25,110 nucleotides of DNA. Source: Sulfurimonadaceae bacterium. GTDB lineage: Bacteria; Campylobacterota; Campylobacteria; Campylobacterales; Sulfurimonadaceae. Shown here one piece after another: positions 17,605-25,110 of this stretch (the first letter of the stretch is position 1; every line of letters begins with the position of its first letter). The notes under the pieces are model-generated. The model had not been told where the DNA came from. It was given only the letters and a program-made list of their open reading frames with translations, and searched no databases. The stretch is taken from assembly GCA_041562555.1 (NCBI GenBank), contig JBFEXS010000020.1:1-25110 (forward strand), given 5' to 3'. The position numbers were made by a program, and so were the translations under genes.

Positions 17605-18932
17605 TGAATATGACACCAAAAGAGACCGTTGCTTACTTAGATGAATATGTCATCGGTCAAGAAGATGCCAAAAAAACCATTGCGATTGCCTTACGTACCC
17701 GTTATAGACGCATGCAATTAAGTGAGTCTTTTCAAGATGAGATCATGCCTAAAAACATACTCATGATCGGATCTACAGGTGTAGGTAAAACAGAAATAGC
17801 GAGACGATTGGCAAAGCTGATGAACTTGCCCTTCATCAAAGTAGAAGCGAGCAAATATACAGAAGTCGGATTTGTCGGACGGGATGTGGAGTCCATGGTC
17901 CGTGACTTGGTAATGACTTCGATTGATATAGTCAAAAAAGAGCATCAAGAAAAAGACATCGAGCAAATAGGCAACTATGTCCTGGATAAGATTGTCGACA
18001 AGCTTCTCCCTCCTCTGCCTTTAATGGCCAGTGCTGAAAAAAAAGAGGAATATAAAAACTCCCGTTCTCGAATGAAAGAACGTGTCATGAATGGTGATAT
18101 GGACGAAAAAATCATTGAGATCGATATGCCAAAGAACAGCATTGATTTCAATGACACCAATATGCCCCCTGAAATGGCCAAGGTACAAGAATCCTTTTCT
18201 CAAATGTTTGCCGGACTAAGTAAAGAGGATCTTAAAAAGGAAGTCAGCGTCTTTGATGCGAAACATATATTAAAAGCAGAGGCAGGTGACAAACTCCTGG
18301 ACATGCATGCCATCCAAAATGAGGCACTAAAGCGTGCTGAAGAAGGTGGTATAATCTTTTTGGATGAAATAGACAAAATCGCTGTAGGGGCTAAGAATGA
18401 TGGACGCAGCGATCCAAGCAAAGAAGGAGTACAACGTGACTTACTTCCAATTGTAGAGGGTTCCAACGTCAGTACAAAATTCGGACAGATCAAGACAGAC
18501 CATATACTTTTTATTGCTGCAGGTGCCTTTCACGTCAGTAAACCAAGTGATCTTATTCCCGAACTACAGGGTAGATTTCCACTTCGGGTTGAGCTTAACC
18601 CAATGACCGAAGAGGCACTTTATCAAATTCTCACACAAACAAAAAGTTCTCTTCTTCGCCAATACAAAGCGCTGCTGAGTGTAGAAGATGTAGAACTTGA
18701 ATTTGATGACGAAGCTATACGAGCCCTGGCACAACTATCCCATACGGCCAATCAGAAGACTGAGGATATCGGTGCACGCCGATTGCACACAGTTATAGAG
18801 AAAGTTATTGAAGACATTAGCTTCGAGGCAGATGAAAAAGCAGGTGAAAAGATCGTTATCACCAAAGAACTTGTTCATGAAAAACTCGATATCCTCATTG
18901 AAGATGAAGATATCGCACGTTATATCCTATAA
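17604..18932 (+). CDS. hslU: HslU ATPase subunit
   Basis: PKNILMIGSTGVGKTEIARRLA, IIFLDEIDKI, EGVQRDLLP and IGARRL motifs. Confidence 0.98.
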   Translation: MNMTPKETVAYLDEYVIGQEDAKKTIAIALRTRYRRMQLSESFQDEIMPKNILMIGSTGVGKTEIARRLAKLMNLPFIKVEASKYTEVGFVGRDVESMVRDLVMTSIDIVKKEHQEKDIEQIGNYVLDKIVDKLLPPLPLMASAEKKEEYKNSRSRMKERVMNGDMDEKIIEIDMPKNSIDFNDTNMPPEMAKVQESFSQMFAGLSKEDLKKEVSVFDAKHILKAEAGDKLLDMHAIQNEALKRAEEGGIIFLDEIDKIAVGAKNDGRSDPSKEGVQRDLLPIVEGSNVSTKFGQIKTDHILFIAAGAFHVSKPSDLIPELQGRFPLRVELNPMTEEALYQILTQTKSSLLRQYKALLSVEDVELEFDDEAIRALAQLSHTANQKTEDIGARRLHTVIEKVIEDISFEADEKAGEKIVITKELVHEKLDILIEDEDIARYIL

Positions 18933-18942
18933 GGAAAAACAG

Positions 18943-19842
18943 ATGAGTGAGAAATCAATCGAAGACACAACCAAAAGTGGTTTTGTTGCAATTGTCGGTC
19001 GGCCTAATGCAGGTAAAAGTACACTTATGAATGCTCTGCTGGGTGAGAAGATTTCCATGGTCTCTCAAAAAGCCAATGCCACACGCAAGCGGATCAATGC
19101 AATCGTTATGCATAAGCATAATCAAATTATCTTTGTAGATACCCCTGGACTACACGAAAAAGAGAAGATGCTCAATCAATTCATGCTTGAAGAGGCGCTT
19201 AAGGCTATAGGTGATTGTGATCTTACTCTATTTTTAGCGCCCGTAACGGATTCGACGCAGGAATATGAGAAATTTTTAAAACTCACAAAACGCCCTCATA
19301 TTGTTCTGTTAAGCAAAATCGATCATGTAAGCAATGAAAAAATCTTGCAAAAGATCGAGGAGTATCAGGCTTTTCAGGAGCATTTTCTTGCCATTATCCC
19401 GGTCTCCGTGACAAAAGGTGGGATAGGCTTTGAATCCGTTCTGGATGAGATCTCCAAACATCTCCCTATATCTCCTTATTTGTATGATCCTGAAGATCTG
19501 ACAACGGAGATGTTACGTGATATCTACAAAGAGTTTATTCGAGAAGCGATTTTCAATAATATTTCGGAAGAGATCCCTTATGAGTCCGATGTACTTATCG
19601 ACAAAGTCGAAGAAGGAAAAAACCTTGAGAAAATCCGTGCTACGATTATTGTAGAAAAGCAGACCCAAAAAGGTATCATCATCGGTAAAGGTGGTTCAGC
19701 TATCAAGCGTATAGGCAAAGATGCACGTTTACAAATTGAAAACCTGATTGGAAAAAAAGTCTTCCTGGATCTTTTTGTCTCTGTGAAGAAAGGATGGACG
19801 AACGATAAGAAATTTTTAGAGGACATGGGCTATAAGTTTTAA
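18943..19842 (+). CDS. era: GTPase Era
   Basis: GRPNAGKS, DTPG, EEIPY and KH-domain IIIGKGG; start reassigned to ATG 18943 after AAGGA. Confidence 0.96.
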   Translation: MSEKSIEDTTKSGFVAIVGRPNAGKSTLMNALLGEKISMVSQKANATRKRINAIVMHKHNQIIFVDTPGLHEKEKMLNQFMLEEALKAIGDCDLTLFLAPVTDSTQEYEKFLKLTKRPHIVLLSKIDHVSNEKILQKIEEYQAFQEHFLAIIPVSVTKGGIGFESVLDEISKHLPISPYLYDPEDLTTEMLRDIYKEFIREAIFNNISEEIPYESDVLIDKVEEGKNLEKIRATIIVEKQTQKGIIIGKGGSAIKRIGKDARLQIENLIGKKVFLDLFVSVKKGWTNDKKFLEDMGYKF

Positions 19843-20801
19843 TGCGCATATTATTTCTATTGTATTTCACCTTGTCACTTTATGCAGACGAGTCCTTACT
19901 TGACACCTATCAAAAAAAAGGAGTTGAGAGTATTGAACAGTCCTTTGATCGGATATTATCCTCCAAAAAGTATTGGGATAGCAGGCTTGAGGATATCAAC
20001 ACAAGTTTTGGATACTTTGAAAGTATTGACTACCTGCTCTCTTGTGATAAGAACAGCTCGAGCCTAAGGTTTTATGTCAAAGACAAGAACAACAGTTTTC
20101 AATTGCATGAAAACTTTTCCGCCTTTGTCGGGGCCAAAAAAGGAGACAAGTACAAAGAAGGCGATCTAAAAACACCTATAGGCGTATACAAACTTATTCA
20201 AAAACTTGAAAAAGTTGACAGCTTTTATGGTCCCCTTGCCTTTGTCACTTCGTATCCAAATACCTTTGACAAGATAAAAGGAAAAAATGGTTCTGGCATT
20301 TGGGTACACGGTCTGCCTTTGCATCAAAAAAGAGATGACTTCACACGTGGTTGTATCGCTATTAACAATACAAGCCTTGAACATTTAGACTATGATATTG
20401 ACCCGAGCAGAACACTGGTATATATTGACGAGGCAGACTATCCGGTTGTTAAAAAAGAAGATTTGGCCCTTTTACTCAGTCAGTTGTATCAATGGAAAAC
20501 AGCCTGGAAAGAAAACGATATAGAGACCTACTTAAGCTTTTACGACAACCTTTTTAGACGTAGTGACGGACTTGATTTCAATGCTTTTTCAAGCTATAAA
20601 AAACGTATTTTTGCAAAACAGGAATATAAACAAATACACTTTTTTGATATAAATATACTGCCTTATCCGACAAAGGAAAACAACATATTCTTGATCAGTT
20701 TCAATGAGCAATACCGGTCTACTAACTACCAGTTTTCCGGGACTAAAGAGCTTTATGTAAAATTAACCGATGACCACTTTACAATCTTAGCCGAGAAATA
20801 G
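19842..20801 (+). CDS. pgp2: YkuD-family peptidoglycan L,D-carboxypeptidase (Pgp2/Csd6-like) with NTF2-like C-terminal domain
   Basis: Signal peptide; GDKYKEGDLKTPIGVY, SYPN.FD, GSGIWVHG and TRGCIA; W..AW...D...YL.FY tail; follows era as csd6 does in H. pylori. Confidence 0.85.
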   Translation: MRILFLLYFTLSLYADESLLDTYQKKGVESIEQSFDRILSSKKYWDSRLEDINTSFGYFESIDYLLSCDKNSSSLRFYVKDKNNSFQLHENFSAFVGAKKGDKYKEGDLKTPIGVYKLIQKLEKVDSFYGPLAFVTSYPNTFDKIKGKNGSGIWVHGLPLHQKRDDFTRGCIAINNTSLEHLDYDIDPSRTLVYIDEADYPVVKKEDLALLLSQLYQWKTAWKENDIETYLSFYDNLFRRSDGLDFNAFSSYKKRIFAKQEYKQIHFFDINILPYPTKENNIFLISFNEQYRSTNYQFSGTKELYVKLTDDHFTILAEK

Positions 20802-22103
20802 ATGAAAACACTTGTTCTATTAATCCTATTTGCCACATTATTGTTTTCCTTTGATCGCTTTAAACTGTACAAAAAAGAGGGAAAAGAAAAAGGACCCACT
20901 CTACTTATCTTTGCAGGGATACATGGAAATGAGCCGGGTGGTTATTTTGCCGCTTCCATACTAGTTGAACACTACACCATCAATCAAGGTGCTCTCTGGA
21001 TCGTTCCCAACACTAATAAAGAGAGTATTATTCGTTATAAACGCAGCATCAATGGGGATATGAATCGAAAATTCTCAAGTATATCCCATGACGATAAAGA
21101 CCTGCCTATTGTCAATGATATCAAGAATCTAATCACATCCGAAAAAGTCGACTTGATATTGAACCTGCATGATGGGCACGGTTTTTTTAGAGAAAAATAT
21201 CAAAACACTATCTTTAATCCCGGAGCATGGGGACAGACCTGCGTCATTGATCAAATGCAGCTTGATAATAACAATAGTTTCTCAAACCTTGGTTGTATCG
21301 CACAACAAGTGAGTGATAAACTCAATCAACATCTCTTACAGGATCATCATGGCTTTAATGTCCGTAACACCAAAACGAAAAAGAAAAAAAATGAGATGCA
21401 ACACTCCTTAACCTACTTTGCAATAAACAACAACAAACCTGCCTTTGCAATCGAAACAAGTAAAGAGCTTCAAACGACTGCGCAAAAAGTCTATTATCAA
21501 CTCCGTGCTATTGAGGCATTCATGCAAATCATGGGTATTGAATACCAAAGAGACTTTGATTTAGATTCTGAAAGTGTAAAAAATATCACAAAAAACAGTG
21601 GTAAAATCACAATTAACGGCAATATAAGCCTCAACTTGGACAATTTAAGAAAAAATTTAAGTTATATTCCGCTACAATCAAATAAGAACGAGTTATACTT
21701 CTCACATCCCCTTGGGGACGTGGTGAAGGGTGATGGGTTTATTGATTTATATGTTGGACACAAAAAGATCTCTCATTTGAAAACTTCCAAATTCCGTTTG
21801 GAAAAGTGTGAGGGGCCTTTTGAAGCAGTTATTGACGGGAGGGTGGAATCTATTCATTTACCTTCAGAAGTTAGAATAACGTCCGATATAGTCCTTAAGG
21901 CACCTCGGGATTACCGATTGAATGTGATCGGTTATACGGATCCGAGGTACAAAAATGAATTGGGAATAAAAATTGCTAGAACTTCACTGCTGAAACGGTT
22001 TTCGCTTGATCGCGAAGGACTTCGGTACAGGGCTGAGTTTTATAAACAAGACGCCTTTTGTGGAATGGTGATTTTAAATTATGCAGTTAGGAATAATGAA
22101 TGA
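20802..22103 (+). CDS. pgp1: M99-family D,L-carboxypeptidase (Pgp1/Csd4-like)
   Basis: Signal peptide; GIHGNEPGGY, GDMNRKF, LNLHDGHGF, WGQTCVIDQ, SLTYFA and AFAIETSKEL motifs. Confidence 0.87.
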   Translation: MKTLVLLILFATLLFSFDRFKLYKKEGKEKGPTLLIFAGIHGNEPGGYFAASILVEHYTINQGALWIVPNTNKESIIRYKRSINGDMNRKFSSISHDDKDLPIVNDIKNLITSEKVDLILNLHDGHGFFREKYQNTIFNPGAWGQTCVIDQMQLDNNNSFSNLGCIAQQVSDKLNQHLLQDHHGFNVRNTKTKKKKNEMQHSLTYFAINNNKPAFAIETSKELQTTAQKVYYQLRAIEAFMQIMGIEYQRDFDLDSESVKNITKNSGKITINGNISLNLDNLRKNLSYIPLQSNKNELYFSHPLGDVVKGDGFIDLYVGHKKISHLKTSKFRLEKCEGPFEAVIDGRVESIHLPSEVRITSDIVLKAPRDYRLNVIGYTDPRYKNELGIKIARTSLLKRFSLDREGLRYRAEFYKQDAFCGMVILNYAVRNNE

Positions 22104-23635
22104 AACAGAAGCAAGCCTTCTCCAGCACTATATCTGTCAATCCTTATAATAATAGCTTTTATACGGGAACAACGACGCAGATTAAAGTTGCTGACAAACC
22201 TCAATATCAAAAAGACCAGTACGCTACCTCTTACCTGAAGACACAGGACTTTATTACAACGCAGATTGGAATAAGCCAGAGCATATCAGAAGAAGATGTA
22301 GCCGATGCCATTGAGAACAAGATCTATGAAGAACTTGGTCTGGATATGGCCATTGAGTACCAGATAAGCTATGTAGAAGCTCCTGGAGGTGTGGAAGAAG
22401 GGAACAAAAACTATCATGTTTTTGTCGTTGATCCTTTAAGCATTGATGAAGCCTTTGCCGGTGCGATTGAGCAGATCAAGTATATTGATCAAATCACTCC
22501 AGCGCCTTTACTCTTGCGTACTTTATACAAAAAAGAGATTATCGAGGATAGTGGTACCCACTGTTTTATCTACTTTCAAAATGATGATGCCTATCTCACG
22601 CTCTATGATGACAGAGAGTTTTTATACACCAAGTCACTTAAATACTCTTTTTCACAGATGCATGACCGTTATTGCGAACTTTTGGGTGAGCAAGTTGAAC
22701 TGAGAGAGTTCATAAGGATTCTGTCAGAAGAAGGACTTCGCAGCGGCGAGAGTGAACATCAACAATATCTGATCAAGTTATTTGGAGAAGTTTTCTTACA
22801 CATCAATGATGTTATGACCTACTCTAAACGTGCCTTTGAACTTGACAGAATTGACAAGGTATATATTGGTTCAGAAGTTGGTGCCATTGTAGGAATGGAT
22901 GAATACTCACAAACATACCTAGGTCTTGATTCAAGTGATTTTGATTTCAACTACGGCTTTGAGACTGAAGAGTGGTATATTGATCAAATGCATTTGCTTA
23001 TGCATTTGACCGCACAGCTCGAAAGTGAAGATAAATATGAGTGTAACTTCACTCGATTTCATCGTCCACCTCCATTTGTCAAGCGTGCTAGCGGTCAGTT
23101 AATAATGACAGTAGCTGCTTCAGCTATCGTCGCTTTATTATACCCAGGAACATATTGGACGCTGGATGCTATTGAAGGTGTAAAGAAATCAGTCTTAGAG
23201 TCTGAATACCAGGAACTGCATATCAAACGACAAGACAGAGAAAACCGTGTCAATCACCATACTGCAGAAAAAGAGAAGGTAAAAACGTTACTGGATAACG
23301 AGCAGAAAGCTCTCGATGATAAAAAAAGTGTTCTCACTCAGATCCATGATGTAAAAGTCAATTATCCAATGAAGGCCAAACGCATTTCAGCATTAACCAA
23401 AGATCTCAACAAATACAAGGTCAAGCTTAATGAGATTACCTATAAAGAAGATGCTAAGACCAATGAAAAGAGCTTCACTCTTAATCTTCTTTCAAGCAAG
23501 GATAAACGTATCACCAACCTAATCGAGTGGTATACAAAAACGAAGTCGTCTCAATATACATTTTCGATTCAAAAAATCGAATATGATGAAGAGAAGAAAA
23601 TCTATTCAAGTCTGTTAAAGGTGGTACTAAAATGA
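22100..23635 (+). CDS. Type IV pilus/T2SS alignment protein, PilM-PilN fusion-like (GspL-like topology)
   Basis: About 330-aa acidic cytoplasmic domain, one TM (LIMTVAASAIVALLYP) and a coiled-coil periplasmic region; first gene of a cluster ending in a secretin. Confidence 0.6.
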   Translation: MKQKQAFSSTISVNPYNNSFYTGTTTQIKVADKPQYQKDQYATSYLKTQDFITTQIGISQSISEEDVADAIENKIYEELGLDMAIEYQISYVEAPGGVEEGNKNYHVFVVDPLSIDEAFAGAIEQIKYIDQITPAPLLLRTLYKKEIIEDSGTHCFIYFQNDDAYLTLYDDREFLYTKSLKYSFSQMHDRYCELLGEQVELREFIRILSEEGLRSGESEHQQYLIKLFGEVFLHINDVMTYSKRAFELDRIDKVYIGSEVGAIVGMDEYSQTYLGLDSSDFDFNYGFETEEWYIDQMHLLMHLTAQLESEDKYECNFTRFHRPPPFVKRASGQLIMTVAASAIVALLYPGTYWTLDAIEGVKKSVLESEYQELHIKRQDRENRVNHHTAEKEKVKTLLDNEQKALDDKKSVLTQIHDVKVNYPMKAKRISALTKDLNKYKVKLNEITYKEDAKTNEKSFTLNLLSSKDKRITNLIEWYTKTKSSQYTFSIQKIEYDEEKKIYSSLLKVVLK

Positions 23636-24258
23636 GTTTAGAAGACTTTTTAGGAGACATTGATAAATCTTTTGCAGAAAAAAAGCAGCAAGAGATTTAT
23701 ATGACCTATGTCATGATCGCAGCTGCACTTATCGCAGCATCTTATCTTTTATTGTGGGATCCTGCTGAACAGGGCTACAACCGAACAGTAGCCCAGACCA
23801 AGGCTGTTGAGAAAAAAATCAAAGATGACAACAACTACCTCAAGTGGAATCCAGAAAGTAAAATTTCACAACTTAAAGCTGATGTTGTCAACTACAAACA
23901 AGAGTTTATTAATGTTAAAGACCAGACTGAATACATCAAATATAAGATTGAGCAAATATCAAGTTTATATTATGATGAACAAGCTTGGGGTGAATTCATT
24001 GACTCTATTTCTGAAAATGCAAAGAAATATGGTGTTCAACTAAAATACCTGTCTAATGAATTTTCTGATGACAAGAGTACGTTCGGTCACGTACTTGACA
24101 TCCAAGTAAAAGCAAAAGGAAACTTTCATAAGACTATGAAGTTTGTCAACTCTTTGGAGCAAAGCTTTTTAGTAGTTGATATTCATGATGTCAATATGAG
24201 TTCGAGTGAACAAGTTGACAGTGACTTGCAAATTTCTGTTTGGGGGATCACATACTAA
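23632..24258 (+). CDS. PilO/GspM-like type IV pilus assembly protein
   Basis: N-terminal TM, coiled coil, then ISENAKKYGVQL...IQVKAKGNFHKTMKFVNSLEQ, a ferredoxin-like-fold pattern typical of PilO. Confidence 0.7.
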   Translation: MSLEDFLGDIDKSFAEKKQQEIYMTYVMIAAALIAASYLLLWDPAEQGYNRTVAQTKAVEKKIKDDNNYLKWNPESKISQLKADVVNYKQEFINVKDQTEYIKYKIEQISSLYYDEQAWGEFIDSISENAKKYGVQLKYLSNEFSDDKSTFGHVLDIQVKAKGNFHKTMKFVNSLEQSFLVVDIHDVNMSSSEQVDSDLQISVWGITY

Positions 24259-24782
24259 TGAAAACAATACTACTTATAACGACCCTAATATCGACTCTTG
24301 CCTTGGCTGAAGAAGCACCTTCAGCTGTTCAAGCCACTCCTACTCCCGCGGTAGTGACAAATAGTGTCAGTACATTGAACACAAGCTGGGTAGATCAGAA
24401 GATCGAGGAGATAAAGCCGCAGCGTCATGGACTCAACAAAGCAACGCTTGCTACTTTAAAAAGTCCATTTGTTATCATTAAACCGGAGCCTAAAGATGGC
24501 AAAGGTGTCAAAGGTGGTGCAATTAAACAATCACCAACAAATGCAAATGGCATCCTTCCTTCTAAGATGAAGAGGGATATGAGTAAAGAGCCTTTAACCT
24601 TACAAATTGTCTTAAACTCATCTGCATTAGTCAATGGAAAATGGCTTAAAGTAGATGACAGCTTCAGAGGTTATAAGCTCACACAGATTCAGAGGAATCA
24701 TGTTGTGCTAGAGAGAAAAAACAAAAAAGTAAAACTCTTTATTGCACAAAAAAGTAAAAATATCAATATCTCAACAAAATAG
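24258..24782 (+). CDS. PilP/MshK/CtsR-like periplasmic protein
   Basis: ATG 24258 in a TAATG overlap; signal peptide; SPF motif; C-terminal LQIVLN..ALVNGKWLKV....GYKLTQI....VVL beta domain; directly before the secretin. Confidence 0.6.
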   Translation: MKTILLITTLISTLALAEEAPSAVQATPTPAVVTNSVSTLNTSWVDQKIEEIKPQRHGLNKATLATLKSPFVIIKPEPKDGKGVKGGAIKQSPTNANGILPSKMKRDMSKEPLTLQIVLNSSALVNGKWLKVDDSFRGYKLTQIQRNHVVLERKNKKVKLFIAQKSKNINISTK

Positions 24783-24792
24783 GGAAAAACAC

Positions 24793-25110
24793 ATGAAACA
24801 GATACTAAAACCATTGAAAAAAACATTATTAGGCAGTGCAGTAGCGGCAAGCCTTCTAACTTCATCCGTAAGTGCTGATTGTACCTATCAGTTATTCACA
24901 ATTTCCTCTATTAAAGGGACACAGATTGGTGAATTTGTTGATCAATTAAGTGATGAGTGTTCTTTTACTGTTGTTGTAACAGATCCTGAGGCAGAAAAAC
25001 TCCTATCAAAAGAACTAAATAAGACTAATCTAAAAAATCTAACAGTAGATGAAGTTTTAGATTTAGTTTTAAAAGAGAACAACCTTTTTTATAACTTGGA
25101 AAATAATATC
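24793..25110 (+). CDS. Outer-membrane secretin N-terminus (MshL/CtsD/PilQ-like), truncated by the window edge
   Basis: Not in the ORF track. Hand translation MKQILKPLKKTLLGSAVAASLLTSSVSADCTYQLF...QLSDECSFTVVVTD...NLKNLTVDEVLDLVLKENNLFYNLENNI stays open to the end (106 codons); signal peptide and Cys pair resemble CtsD-type secretins. Confidence 0.72.
   Translation, partial: MKQILKPLKKTLLGSAVAASLLTSSVSADCTYQLFTISSIKGTQIGEFVDQLSDECSFTVVVTDPEAEKLLSKELNKTNLKNLTVDEVLDLVLKENNLFYNLENNI

Noticed and set aside
19312..19323. Era G4 motif reads SKID rather than NKxD
   Set aside because: All other motifs are intact and I recall this variant in related Era proteins; not evidence of a pseudogene.
21372..21391. 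A-rich run in pgp1 (KTKKKKN) and other A7-8/T7-8 tracts
   Set aside because: Frames are intact, such tracts are expected at this AT content, and no long poly-G/C phase-variable tract is present.
3478..24257. Long N-terminal extensions in the ORF track (trmB 3478, ftsE 4493, FTR 15739, era 18808, 24240; also flpA 2274 and 10652)
   Set aside because: Artefacts of taking the most upstream start; downstream ATGs have an RBS or stop-start coupling and family-typical N-termini.
1..25110. CRISPR array, IS element, prophage, defence system, riboswitch or selenoprotein recoding
   Set aside because: No spaced direct repeats, transposase/integrase/nuclease motifs or interrupted ORFs seen; intergenic gaps are all under about 180 bp and largely explained by promoters. 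This was by eye only.

Overview
Gene-dense chromosomal window from a Campylobacterota bacterium, probably a free-living Sulfurimonas/Sulfuricurvum-like lineage (inferred from gene order and protein styles). Left to right: tRNA(CAU) and rodA on the minus strand; the rluD-flpA-trmB-ftsE-ftsX-envC operon; a five-gene minus-strand transporter block (MFS, 3-TM protein, APC permease, hypothetical, MATE); flaG-fliD-fliS-fliT-like with candidate sigma54 and sigma28 promoters; argG; a ferredoxin:thioredoxin reductase (FTR) catalytic domain fused to a rhodanese; and a long, tightly coupled run rplI-hslV-hslU-era-pgp2/csd6-pgp1/csd4-pilMN-like-pilO-like-pilP/ctsR-like-secretin (truncated by the window edge). 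I saw no CRISPR array, IS element, integrase or prophage gene. The most interesting candidate is the FTR-rhodanese fusion, which could be a ferredoxin-driven persulfide reductase. Next are the coupling of two cell-shape carboxypeptidases to a type IV pilus/secretin operon and two probable leaderless mRNAs. All functional calls come from motif recognition, not database searches.
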